Below, piece after piece: positions 47,693-58,495 of a stretch of 64,000 bases of DNA (the stretch's first letter is position 1; each line of letters starts with the position of its first letter). The translations under genes and the position numbers were made by a program. The notes under the pieces were generated by a model that worked only from the letters and a program-made list of their open reading frames with translations, searched no databases and was not told the DNA's origin. Origin of the DNA: Candidatus Krumholzibacteriota bacterium (GTDB lineage Bacteria > Krumholzibacteriota > Krumholzibacteriia > JAJRXK01); contig CAVSGG010000007.1 of NCBI GenBank assembly GCA_963727455.1, positions 1 through 64,000 of the forward strand, in the 5' to 3' direction.

Positions 47693-48076
47693 ATGTACCG
47701 TCTACTTTCCATCGCCGCCGGCGGAGCCGTGGGCGCTAGCTTGCGCTACATGGTGTCCGGCCTGGTGCACCGGACAGCCAGCGCGTCCTTCCCCTGGGGA
47801 ACTCTCGTAGTCAACGTCTTGGGTTGCTTCGTACTGGGGCTCTTGGGCACCGCCATCGCGGGACCTCTACTGATGCGCGAGGAGCTTCGGCTGAGTCTGC
47901 TGGTGGGGCTCTTGGGCGCCTTTACCACCTTCTCTACCTTCGGCTGGGAGACCATGATGCTCTTGTCGAACGGACGCTGGGCGCTGGCCGCCGGGAATCT
48001 TCTTTTGAGCAACGGGCTGGGACTCTTGGCCGTCTTCTGCGGTTACCGCCTGGCGCAGCGAATCTGGGGGATTTGA
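47693..48076 (+). CDS. crcB: fluoride efflux channel FluC/CrcB
   Basis: GGAVGASLRY, FPWGTLVVN, GLLGAFTTFSTF. Confidence 0.96.
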   Translation: MYRLLSIAAGGAVGASLRYMVSGLVHRTASASFPWGTLVVNVLGCFVLGLLGTAIAGPLLMREELRLSLLVGLLGAFTTFSTFGWETMMLLSNGRWALAAGNLLLSNGLGLLAVFCGYRLAQRIWGI

Positions 48077-48077
48077 G

Positions 48078-48443
48078 ATGAACGCCATCGAACCCATTCC
48101 ACAACGGTCTTGGTTGCTGCGGATCTTCCTGGGAGAGGGAGATCGCTATCAGAGTAAGCCGCTATTCGAGATCATCGTGAAAAAAGCCAAAGAGATGGGT
48201 CTTGCCGGCGCCACCGTTTTGCGCGGTTCCATGGGCTTTGGAGCTCACAGCCGCCTGCACACTGCGCGCGTCCTGCGGCTCTCGGAAGACCTTCCCATCG
48301 TCATCGAAATCGTGGACGAAAGAAAGAAGATCGACCGCCTCCTCGCGGAGGCGGCCGAGATTCTCTCCGGGGGTTTGGTCACCCTCGAACGCGTCACCGT
48401 CGTGCGCTATTCACCGCACGAGGAGAAGCCGATCGAGAACTAA
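48078..48443 (+). CDS. DUF190 (PII-like) protein
   Basis: LLRIFLGE, GLAGATVLRG..GFG, LSEDLPIVIEIVD; known crcB neighbour. Confidence 0.9.
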   Translation: MNAIEPIPQRSWLLRIFLGEGDRYQSKPLFEIIVKKAKEMGLAGATVLRGSMGFGAHSRLHTARVLRLSEDLPIVIEIVDERKKIDRLLAEAAEILSGGLVTLERVTVVRYSPHEEKPIEN

Positions 48444-48600
48444 CGACCGCGCGGATAGGGCGGACGCTTCGGCAGCGGCTTCTGCTCGGCCAGCTCCTTC
48501 GGGATCGACGCCGTGATTCTCCACGATCCACTCGCCGCCACTTCCCGCAAACTCGTTCACCAAGAGGACTTTGGGCCCGAACATGGTGTCAGGTGGCCCC
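48440..48600 (-). pseudogene. tricorn/S41 protease remnant
   Basis: FGPKVLLVNEFAGSGG joined directly to EWIVENHGVDP, then KELAEQKPLPKRPPYPRGR-TAG in a shifted frame. Confidence 0.65.
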
Positions 48601-48665
48601 AGAGAGAGTTGCAGAGCTCGAGGCACCGAAGAACGAACTCGAGCGAGGCACTCTTCGAGTCTCGC

Positions 48666-50093
48666 TCAGTAGCCCTTCTGACGCACGCGGTCAAGATCCA
48701 TGCCGCCTCGCGCGAAGAGTTCTCGCAGGGAGCTTTCGTCCAAACGCGGCGGAATCGGCGGCGCCTCATGCGCCAGTGCCCACAGCGCCGCGCTCACGAG
48801 TTCCGCACTGCGCGCCAATCCCTCCGGATCCACGGCATCCAGGCGGTCGTAGACCGTGTGGATGCGTTCGCGTGCTTTTTCTCCCCGGTGGTAGGCCAGG
48901 GTGAAGGAAGGATATCCCGCCAGAAGAAAGGGCATGTGGTCGCTGTACAGGTCGAGCCGTTCCACCACTCCCAGATCCAGACCCAGGTCACGGTGCTCCA
49001 ACACGAGTCGATTCAAAAGGGGAGCCAGGGCCCTTCCCGAGTGGATCACGAATCCGGCGGGACTCTCACACATCTCCAAATTGAGAACCAAGTCGGGCGG
49101 TGACTCCTCGCCTTTTTCCACCCGCGTCAGATAGGCGCGGCTTCCTTCCAACCCGAGTTCTTCGCCGGTGAACAGTACGAAACGAATGGTACGTTCCAGC
49201 CCCGTCGCCCTTGAGCGCGCGAGTCGGGCACTTAGGAGGCGCGCAGTCTCGAGCAAGACACAGACTCCCGCTCCGTTGTCCAAGGCTCCCTGCCCGAGGT
49301 TCCAGGCATCGAGATGAGCGCTCACCAGGATCTGCCCTGCCGCTGGCTCGCTCCCCGGCAGCTCGGCAAGGAGGTTCGCCGAGGAGATCTCACGCCACGC
49401 GCCGCGAGCGCAGTTGCCTATGGTGAGAGAGATGGAAGGATTGTCTGCCAGCTCCTCTCGTACCGTCGAGATACGCGGTCCGCTGTAGGCGGGAATTCTG
49501 GACAGTCCCTTCCAGGCCACCACTCCCTGAATTTCGCATTGCAGTGGGCTCAAAAAGAGCACACCGGCCGCGCCTGCGGAAGCGGCCAGGTCCACCTTTT
49601 GGAGACGGTGAATCACTACCTCCTGATCCAAATTCACCGATTCCACGAGAACGACGCTGCCCGGTATGGACAGGGCCGCCGCGTGGAACTCCGCCGGGGT
49701 GCCACGTCCCAGATCGAGCAATCTGTGGCCACCCGAGAGAGTCCCGCCGCTCGCCCCCAGAGAGTGGAGCGTGAGAGCCGAGAAACTCCGGTCACCGTCC
49801 CGTAAGCGCACATGAAGCGTGTCAGGGAGGAAACGATGGACCGTCACTTCTTGACGGTGAGGGGTCAAGCTAATGGCGCGCAGGACCTGCTCCGAGTACT
49901 CGAGGGCTTCCTCGTAGCCGGGAGTGCCGGGGACGCGCCCTCCCTTCAGCGAGCACAGCGCCTGTAGGTCCTTGGCGATCCGTGCGGCGGAAGGCGAGCG
50001 CGCCTCGCTCGCGGCCAGCGGATCGGGCAGGGCAAGCTGCGTAGCGAGGACGACAGCAAACGCGAATCCCACGAACGACCCGAGTGTTCTCAT
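48666..50093 (-). CDS. secreted M28-family metallopeptidase with PA domain
   Basis: Signal peptide; SAHLD, GALDNGAG, TGEELGL, LNLEM, SDHMPF, IHTVYD. Confidence 0.88.
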   Translation of the reverse strand: MRTLGSFVGFAFAVVLATQLALPDPLAASEARSPSAARIAKDLQALCSLKGGRVPGTPGYEEALEYSEQVLRAISLTPHRQEVTVHRFLPDTLHVRLRDGDRSFSALTLHSLGASGGTLSGGHRLLDLGRGTPAEFHAAALSIPGSVVLVESVNLDQEVVIHRLQKVDLAASAGAAGVLFLSPLQCEIQGVVAWKGLSRIPAYSGPRISTVREELADNPSISLTIGNCARGAWREISSANLLAELPGSEPAAGQILVSAHLDAWNLGQGALDNGAGVCVLLETARLLSARLARSRATGLERTIRFVLFTGEELGLEGSRAYLTRVEKGEESPPDLVLNLEMCESPAGFVIHSGRALAPLLNRLVLEHRDLGLDLGVVERLDLYSDHMPFLLAGYPSFTLAYHRGEKARERIHTVYDRLDAVDPEGLARSAELVSAALWALAHEAPPIPPRLDESSLRELFARGGMDLDRVRQKGY

Positions 50094-52270
50094 TGGCTCG
50101 TCCCTTCCTCGCGCAAGCTCAGGATCTCGACTTCGCCGCGGCTACCATCCACGCGGACGCGTTTGACCGGCGCCAAAGAGGTGCAAGCGCCGGGCAGAAC
50201 CAGAGCGGGGATTTTCTTCTCGCGCGCCAGCACCGCGGCGTGTCCCAACACCGGGCCGCTCTCGCAGATGAGAGCGGCACAGCGCGAGAACACGATGGCG
50301 TCGGCGGGCAGAACCGAGGGAACCACCAGAACCGCCCCCCACGGCGGTCCCCCGGCGGATTGGGCCGAAGGCAGGATACACAGCTCGCCGCTCGCGCGCC
50401 CTTCGGCCAAAGCCTTTCCCTGCAAGATGCTTCCCCTCTGAATTCCTTCTTTCTCGCGCGGATGTTCGCGCGAGAACTCGCTCTCCCAGCGTGCCATGAG
50501 AGTCTTCCCGCGCGCGAGCGCACGCGCGAAATACTCCGCGCGCTTTGCGGGCGCGCAGCTGAGAAGTTCTTCGAGATCGTCGGGAAGCAACTCCAGGATT
50601 TCGGCCGATTCCGCCTCGGGCTCGAGCCAGGCTTGAAGGTCGAGTGCGCAGCCGCGGAAGAGGGCATAGGCGCGAGCCAGGAGATCGTCGTCGTCCTCCA
50701 GATACGCGAAAGCGCGCGCCGCCAGTTGTGCGACGGAGTTCAGTTCACCGCCGCGACTCTCGTGCGGCGCTTCGTGGGGGACCGCTCGTTCGCCTGCGGT
50801 CATCGAATCCGCGCGGCGCTTTAGCTCCTCCAAGAGCGGTGCCGCATCTTCCTGCCAGGGTACGGACCGGCCATCGGAAGGACCGGGGGCGACATGGCCG
50901 TGCCGCGCGAGGAAGTTCTCGAGGGCGCGATCTCTCTCCTCTTCGTCCATCTTCCCAAAGCGCATAGCGAGCCGGTCCAACTCCCTTTCGCGACGATCGG
51001 CAATGGTCGAGGGAAGCGGGGGCAGGGATTGACCCGAATGCTCCAGTTCTTCGCTCAGCGCCGCGGCCAGCTGGCGCAAGCTAGAGGCAGAACCGTCGAA
51101 GTACCGATCCTGCCAGGCCAGCCAGCCCTTCACGAACTCTGGCCAGGAGGAGGGAGAGGAAAGCGGAGAGTACCGCGCCGCAAGTTCTTGCAGTCCGCGT
51201 TCGAGCTCCGGCAGGCGGCGCTCATTCCAGTCGCGCAGAGCTTTCCGCAAGGAAGCCTCCGCTCGCGAAGGTTCTACCACCCGCTCCTTCTGTTCGCGAG
51301 CCGCCGCTTCGTACCATCGTCCGTGAATCACTCGCGCAGGATACTTCTCCCCCTTTCTTTTGATCCACTCAACGAAGATGCCGGCCAAGAGGGGGCACAA
51401 AGGTCCCGGGGAGTGCGCGGCGTCATGCTCCCACCGTGTTCTCATGTCGCCCCGAAAGAGAGGGAAATCGTGGAACGGCGGATCTTCTCTCGGTGTCGTC
51501 TCGCGCCGTGCCGCGCGCGTGCGCAAAGGAGAACGCTGCCCCACTGGCCGACGCTGCAGGAGTATTGGTCCCTGCGCGCTCGTCCCCAGCTCCAGGAGCC
51601 AAATTCCGACTTCCTCTTCGACGGCTCTCTGGGCCAGAGACAACACCGCCGCGATCGATTCGCGGTAAGTCTGAAGTTCTGCATCCTTCTCAGAGAGCGC
51701 TTTCTCGAACTCGGTCGTAGCGCTTGCGAAGGAAAAATCGAAATCGAAAGGCAGGAGGCCTTCGGCGGAATGCACCCTTCCTTCGACGCGCATTCGCCGC
51801 TCCTTTCCTGCCCGCAACTCGCATTCGATAGTGGCCCAAATCCGAAGCGCCAGATGTTCCTGAGCGAGTACCGCGAGTGTCACCGCCTCTGCTGGAGTTC
51901 GCAGTAAGCTGGCCAGATGCGGATTGCGTGCACTGTCCGCCATTTCGCGCAAGGCGTGCGCGAGGCTCTCTTCGTTGGCATCACTGGGAATGCTCTCAAA
52001 GAGCCCGGCCGCGCTCGATTCCGCTCGATCCTCCAAGGGAGAGGAGGAACGCAGCAGGAACCGCTCGATTTTGGGAGCGAGTTCCAGCAACTCGCGCGCG
52101 GCGAGGGTGGCCCGTTCCGCCTCTTCGCGGAGGCTTGCGAGCTGCGGACAGGAGAGCACCCACGAAGCGGGGAGAGGGAGTCCTCTTTTCAGGGGAGAAA
52201 TCAGACGGATTGCTTTGTGCCCGAAGCGTTCGCTTCTCTTAGGATCAATCTCACTGAGTGGCATCCACAT
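50090..52270 (-). CDS. PEP-utilizing dikinase-like enzyme (RPH/PigC-type architecture)
   Basis: N-terminal RSSSPLED...SAAGLFES; central FLARHGH...PWQED; C-terminal swivel ESGPVLGHAAVLAREKKIPA. Confidence 0.78.
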   Translation of the reverse strand: MWMPLSEIDPKRSERFGHKAIRLISPLKRGLPLPASWVLSCPQLASLREEAERATLAARELLELAPKIERFLLRSSSPLEDRAESSAAGLFESIPSDANEESLAHALREMADSARNPHLASLLRTPAEAVTLAVLAQEHLALRIWATIECELRAGKERRMRVEGRVHSAEGLLPFDFDFSFASATTEFEKALSEKDAELQTYRESIAAVLSLAQRAVEEEVGIWLLELGTSAQGPILLQRRPVGQRSPLRTRAARRETTPREDPPFHDFPLFRGDMRTRWEHDAAHSPGPLCPLLAGIFVEWIKRKGEKYPARVIHGRWYEAAAREQKERVVEPSRAEASLRKALRDWNERRLPELERGLQELAARYSPLSSPSSWPEFVKGWLAWQDRYFDGSASSLRQLAAALSEELEHSGQSLPPLPSTIADRRERELDRLAMRFGKMDEEERDRALENFLARHGHVAPGPSDGRSVPWQEDAAPLLEELKRRADSMTAGERAVPHEAPHESRGGELNSVAQLAARAFAYLEDDDDLLARAYALFRGCALDLQAWLEPEAESAEILELLPDDLEELLSCAPAKRAEYFARALARGKTLMARWESEFSREHPREKEGIQRGSILQGKALAEGRASGELCILPSAQSAGGPPWGAVLVVPSVLPADAIVFSRCAALICESGPVLGHAAVLAREKKIPALVLPGACTSLAPVKRVRVDGSRGEVEILSLREEGTSQ

Positions 52271-52292
52271 GGCCGCGGCCTTCCGCGGGACT

Positions 52293-53695
52293 TCAGCGAC
52301 CGGTGGGTTCGACCGACGCCTTCGTCATTTCCCGCTCCAGAACGATGGTATCGCTCTTCACGTCGGCGATGCGGTCGAGTTCGCCGCGCAGCTCGTCTCG
52401 CCTCTGCTCGAAAAGCGCCAGGCGGTCTCTTTCGATCGGTGCGGCCGGCGGCAGATCGAGTTTGCGCGGATTCAGCCAGCGCCCGTTGTGTTTCACCCGG
52501 TAGTCGAGATGCGGCGCCGTGGCCTTGCCGGTCATGCCGACGTAACCGATGAGGTCACCCTGCTTCACCCTCTGTCCAATGTGGAGGCTGCGGGCGAAGC
52601 CGGAGAGGTGCAGGTAGTAGGTCTGGTATCCGTTACCGTGGCGCAGACGCACGTATTTGCCGTTCCCCCGAGTGCGTTCGCGCTTCTGGACCGTGCCGTT
52701 GGCCGTTGCATACACCGGCGTACCGGTGGGAGCCGCATAGTCCACACCATAGTGCGGGCGATAGACGTGATCGATGGGATGAAAACGATGCCGGGAGAAA
52801 TTGCTGCTGATGCGGCTGTACTTGAGCGGCGCGCGCAAGAACTGCTTCTCGAGTGAGCCGCCCTCGCTGTCGTAGTACGCGGGGAAGCCCAGCTTGTTCT
52901 TGAACAAAAACGCCGAATAGGTGTGCCCCTTGTTGGTGAACGTGGCGGCTAGTATGCGGCCATCACGGACGCGCTTTCCCTCGCGGGAGAACTCCTCATA
53001 CACCAGTTTGAAGGTATCGCCCTGGCGAAGGTCACGGAAGAAGTCGATGTCCCAGCCCAAAATCTCGCTCAACTCGGTGGCAAGCTGCGGGTCCGCATTT
53101 TCGTCGACGAGCGCTTCGAAGAGGCTGGTCTTGATGACGCCCTTCACGCCCTGGACCTTGCGCTTCAGCGGATAGGCGCCGATCTCGGTCTTCCATCCCG
53201 AAGGTGTGCGCGTGGCGAGAAGGTAGTGTTCGCCATCCAATTCTGAATGAAAGGCAGTGAGAGCCTGGTTTTCGTTGCGTTGAATCCGAAAGCTGTCGCC
53301 GGCCTGCACCCGTCGAAAGTTCGATTGGGGTTTGCAGGCCTTCACCAGTCCCATGATGTCCTCGTGAGAGACTCCGGCTCCGCGCATGGCCACGTAGAAG
53401 GACTGTCCACGGCCGATAGTGATGCTCTCCCAACCTTCCCTTTCCATAGCGGAATCGAACCGAAGAGAGAATCGTTCGCCGTGGTGGCGTCCACATTCTG
53501 ATCGGCCAGGGAGGTCTGGGCATCGGCATCTTCAGGCGAGACGCGCGTGAGGCTGGTCAGGGAATCCTCCTCGAGCTCCGCGTTGCTCGTGGGCGCGTCT
53601 GCGTTTGCCGTGAAGGCGACGCCGAATCCGCCGACGCGGGCGTAGAACCACCCCAGGACGAGGAGCAGTGTGAAGATGCCGAGATAGCGACGCAT
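52293..53695 (-). CDS. M23-family peptidoglycan DD-endopeptidase, MepM-like (indel near 53447)
   Basis: N-terminal TM, IDFFRDLRQGD, RISSNF, HYGVD, YLHLS, APHLDY. Confidence 0.9.
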
Positions 53696-53884
53696 GAAAA
53701 GTTCTCCCTGACTCTGCCATTGCGTAGGGACAGGCAAATGCCGCGCCGAAATGGCGAGACGGGTACCACCCTATCCACACCGGGGCGAGCCTGCAAGCTC
53801 GAACCGGTGTTCGGGTAAGTTGTTTTGGACGTTGAAGATCCAGGGACTATCGTTGCCCAGGCACTTTTGGAGGGAGGGTTCTCC

Positions 53885-56155
53885 ATGAGCAACGAGGAGC
53901 ATTTCAGCGAGGCTTTGGACTATCATCGGCGTGGTCGCCCGGGCAAAACCGAGGTTCGACCCACCAAACCTTGTTCCACCCAGCACGACCTGAGCATGGC
54001 CTACACGCCCGGTGTGGCCGAGCCGTGTCTGGAAATCGAGAAGAACCCGGACGATGCGTTCCTGTACACCAATCGCGGGAAATCTCGTCGCCGTGGTCAC
54101 CAACGGCACGGCGGTGCTGGGACTGGGAGACATCGGACCTCTGGCCGGCAAGCCGGTCATGGAGGGCAAGGGGGTGCTCTTCAAGCGATTCGCCGACATC
54201 GACGTCTTCGACATCGAGCTGGCTACCAAGGACGCCGACGAGATCATCCACGCCTGCGAGCTTCTCGAGCCCACATTCGGTGGCATCAATCTGGAGGACA
54301 TCAAGGCGCCCGAGTGTTTCTACATCGAGGAGACGCTCAAGAAGAAGCTCGACATTCCGGTCTTCCACGACGATCAGCACGGCACCGCCATCATCGCCGG
54401 CGCAGGGCTCTTGAACGCCTGTCAGTTGACGGGGCGGAAGCTCGCCGATCTGAAGATGGTGGTCAGTGGAGCCGGGGCGGCGGGCATCGCGTGTTCGCGC
54501 TTCATGGTCGAGCTGGGGGTGCGCAAGGAGAACATCATTCTCTGCGACTCCAAGGGCGTGGTCCACGAGGAACGCGACGATCTTAACCCGGTGAAATAGC
54601 AGTGGGTCGCCAAGACGAAGGCCCGCAGTCTCGCGGAGGCGTTGAAGGGCGCCGACGTTTTTCTCGGCGTCTCGATCAAGGACCTGGTCAGCCAGGACAT
54701 GGTCAAGAGCATGGCGAAAAAGCCGATCATCTTCGCCCTCGCCAACCCCTATCCCGAGATCACCTACGAGCGGCCAAAGAGGCCCGCCCCGATGCCATCG
54801 TGGCCACCGGCCGCAGCGACTATCCCAATCAGGTGAACAATGTGTTTGGGTTTCCCCTTCATCTTCCGCGGTGCGCTCGACGTGCGCGCACGGGGCATCA
54901 CCGAAGGGATGAAGGTGGCGGCGGCGCAGGCGCTGGCCAAGCTGGCGCAGGAGGACGTTCCCGATTCGGTGCTCAAGGCCTACAGCCTGGACCGCCTCGA
55001 GTTCGGGCCTGACTACATCATTCCCAAGCCCTTCGATCCGCGCGTTTTGTGGTACGTGGCTCCGGCCATCGCCAAGACCGCCAGCGAGGAAGGGGTGGCG
55101 CGCGTTCCTCTGTCCGACGTGCAAGCCTACGCCGATTCTCTCCAAGCGCGCTTCCAGGCCTCCTACAACCTCATGCAGGCGGTACGCGTGCGCGCGCAAC
55201 AGAAACCCAAGCAAGTGGTCTTCCCCGATGGCGCGGATCTGCGCTTCCTCCGCGCGGCGCGGCGGGTGGTGGACGAGAACATCGGGCTGCCCATCCTCTT
55301 GGGTGGTGAAGAGGAGATCGAGAAACTCGCGAAGGAGCGCCACATTTCCCTCGCCGGAATCGAAGTCCACGATCCCAACTCTGAACGACGGCTCCCACGA
55401 TGATCTGGCCGAAGCTCTTTTCCAGCTGCGCGCGCGCAAGGGTATGACTCTGGCCGACGCCAAGCGCGCCCTACGTGATTCCAACATGCATGCCGCGATG
55501 ATGCTGCAGTCGGGGAAAGCGGATGCGGTGGTAGGGAGGTCTTGACCAACTACTACCCGGAGACGATCCGTCCCGCACTGCAAGTGTTGCCCATGGCGCA
55601 GGGCCGTACCACGGTCTCGGCGGTATACGTCTGCATCCTGGGGCAGAAGCCTTACCTTCTGGCGGACTGCGCGGTGAATCAGGATCCCGACGCGGAGAAA
55701 TTGGCGGAGATCGCGCTTTCCACCGCCGAGATCGCGCGTAGCCTGCAGATCCAACCGCGCGTCGCGCTGCTTAGTTACAGCAATTTCGGGAGCGCACGCG
55801 GCCTGGAGGTGACGAAGGTTCGCGAGGCGGTACGGATCTGTCGCGAGAAGGAACCCGATCTGCCCCTGGACGGGGAAATGCACGCGGATACCGCAGTCGT
55901 GGAGGAATTGCTCATGAAGCGCCATCCCTTCAACCGGCTGGGACGAGCCGAGCGAACTGTCTCATCTTCCCCAACCTGGCTGCGGCGAACACCGCCTACA
56001 AGCTGTTGCACCGTCTGGGTGGTGCGGAGCTCATCGGCCCCATCCTGAACGGGCTCTCCAAGCCGGTTCACGTGCTCCAGCGCGACGCGGAAGTTGGCGA
56101 CATCGTCAATCTGACCGCGATCGCGGTGCTGGACGCCCAACGCCGCTCGATCTGA
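53885..56155 (+). CDS. maeB: NADP-dependent malic enzyme with PTA-like domain (multiple indels, one in-frame TAG)
   Basis: [60 protein letters not shown]. Confidence 0.93.
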
Positions 56156-56199
56156 GCGAGAGGGCGCGGCTAGGGCTGAAAGAGCGGAGTTTTGGGCGA

Positions 56200-56232
56200 G
56201 GGCGGGCTCGGGATCGCGAGCCGGGCCCGCCC
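56200..56232 (+). terminator. GC hairpin downstream of maeB
   Basis: GGGCGGGCTCGG...CCGGGCCCGCCC inverted repeat. Confidence 0.4.
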
Positions 56233-56391
56233 GCCACCGCAATCCTGTGGAAAGAATAAAAGCGTATAAATGAGCTCTCCGGCGAGGCCGGACTGGAAAC
56301 GGGCAGGGTCTATGCTCGATAATTGAGAGGTGCATTCATCGTGGCTTCAGTTCGTGGCCCGGTGTTTCTCGCAGTTCAGTCAGGAGTCGCC

Positions 56392-58369
56392 ATGGCCCGC
56401 CCCCGTCGCTTCCATTTCACCCCCCTCGCGCTCGTTTTCGCCCTACTCGCTGACGTGCGTCCTCGCCTGGACCGCTTCGGCCGGGGCCCAGACCATCACT
56501 TCCACCCTTTTCGGGCAGAGCGCCGCCGCGAACGGTCACTACAGCCAGTCCGTGCGCGACGCGGGGGATCTCAACCACGACGGCGAGCCGGACCTGGTCA
56601 TCGGCGCCCCTCTGGAAATGTTGAGCGGATTGGAAGAGGGCCGCGCCTTCATCTTCTTCGGAGGCAGCCAGGAACGTCTGCAGCTCCAGGGCACCGGCAC
56701 GCAGGAGCACTTCGGCTGGGCCGTGAGTGGCATTGGCGACGTGAACGGCGACGGCTTCGACGACCTTGCCGTGGGGGCTCCCCTGAACAACGCCGTGGCC
56801 AGTGAAGCGGGCCGGGTCTACGTCTTTTTCGGCGGCGACCCCATGGACGGCACTGCGGATCTGATTCTGAGCGGAGAGATCGCGGAGGACCACTTCGGCT
56901 GGAGCGTGTGCCGTGGCGGCGATCTCAACGGCGACGGCAAGCCGGACTTCCTCGTGGGCGCTCCTTTGGCAAATTCCCCCGGACAGGACCAAGGGGCGGT
57001 CTATCTCTATCTCGGCGCGATCGGTACACCCGCGAGCACCTACGCCAAACGTTTCACCGGGGAGCAAGCCGGCGATCAGTTCGGTTACTCGGTGGCCGAC
57101 GTGCCGAACTTCAAGGGCGACGGCACGCCCGGATTTCTGGTGGGCGCGCCGGACAAGGACCTTCCCATTCTCAACGGCGGGAAGGCCTATCTCTTCTTCG
57201 CCGGGATAGCCGGAGCACTTCCGGCCTCGACCGCGGCTGTGCAGTTCGTGCCGCCCGCCGGATCTCCTTCGGATCTGTATCTGGGATGGTCGCTCAGTCA
57301 GGCCGGGTATTTCAACGCGGACAGTCGCAGCGACGTGGTGATTGGCGCGCCAGGATACCTGGCCGACCGTGGCTACGTGGCCGTCTATTACGGTGCCGCC
57401 TCTCCTTCGGCACAGCCCGCGGCCGATCAGACTATCGAGGGAGCGACCGGTGGCGATCGCTTCGGCGAAGCGGTGGCCGACGTGGGGGACTTTTCCGGGA
57501 ACGGCCGTGGGGACCTGGTGGTGGGTGCACCCTACCGTGACACTTTGGGCATGGATGCGGGCGAGGCGTATTACTTCGAAGGTGGCGCGAGTTATACTTC
57601 GGCCAGCCAGGGTAGCTTGGTCATCCGTGGCGCTTCCGCACTACAGTCGCCGCCGGGAGATCTTCTCGGCAGTTCGATCTCCATCATCGGAGATCTCGAT
57701 GGCGACGGCCGGCCCGAGTTCGCCGTCGGCGCGCCGATGGGAAACAACCCCTCCAACGCAGTCACCGGCTACGCCGCTCTCGTTTCCTCGGCCGGCGTGC
57801 CGCTGCCGGTGCTTCCCACGCGCATGCGCCAGCGCTCGCTGATCGATGGCGGCATCGAGCTTCACTTCGTTGGTCAGGTAGTCGACGCCGCCAGTGCGGT
57901 TCTGCTCGCTACGGGCAACGGTGAGAGGATCTTGGCCAGCTTGGATCAGGGCCTGAGCCGCGAGGACCAGGGCCTGGTGGGGCGCTTTACGCGCGCGCAG
58001 CTTTCTGGAGTGGATCAACTCGAGCTGCAGTGGTCTTTCGGGGGTGACAGCCTGACGCGCGACGAGAACTTCACCCTGCAACTGCCCGAGCTGCGTTTCC
58101 GCTTACTCCCGCCGGTGCCGAATCCCTTCAATCCCTCCACGGAGTTGAGCCTCGATCTGCCACGCGCGATGCAGCTGCGCTTGCGCGTGGTGGATGCGAA
58201 GGGGCGTCAGGTGCGCACCCTGTTTCGGGGCATGGCCGGTCCCGGGCAAATCCGCCTGCACTTCGACGGACGCGATGACCGCGGACGGCTCCTGGCCAGC
58301 GGGGTCTACACCTTCGTGGTGCAGAGTGAGCGTTCCCAGGACTCGGTGCGCGCCCTCTTGCTGAAGTAG
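56392..58369 (+). CDS. secreted FG-GAP (integrin-alpha-like) beta-propeller protein with C-terminal FlgD-Ig-like domain
   Basis: Seven GD.NGDG..D..VGAP-type repeats; PNPFNPST...FDGRDDRGRLLASGVY tail; likely start ATG56392 (RBS aggag) with an indel in the signal peptide. Confidence 0.85.
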
Positions 58370-58495
58370 TCAATCCCTGGAGTAAATGCTCTTCCGGTCC
58401 TGGCCTGCGCTGGCCTGGCCTTTGCAATTCCTCTGCAGGCGGCGGAAGAGTCTCATTCCGCGGAGGGGAGCCACCGGCTTCCGCCGCAAGAAACT

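Noticed and set aside
56560-57740. Periodic repeats that could suggest a CRISPR or tandem DNA array
   Set aside because: Degenerate protein-level FG-GAP repeats; no identical DNA repeats with spacers anywhere in the window
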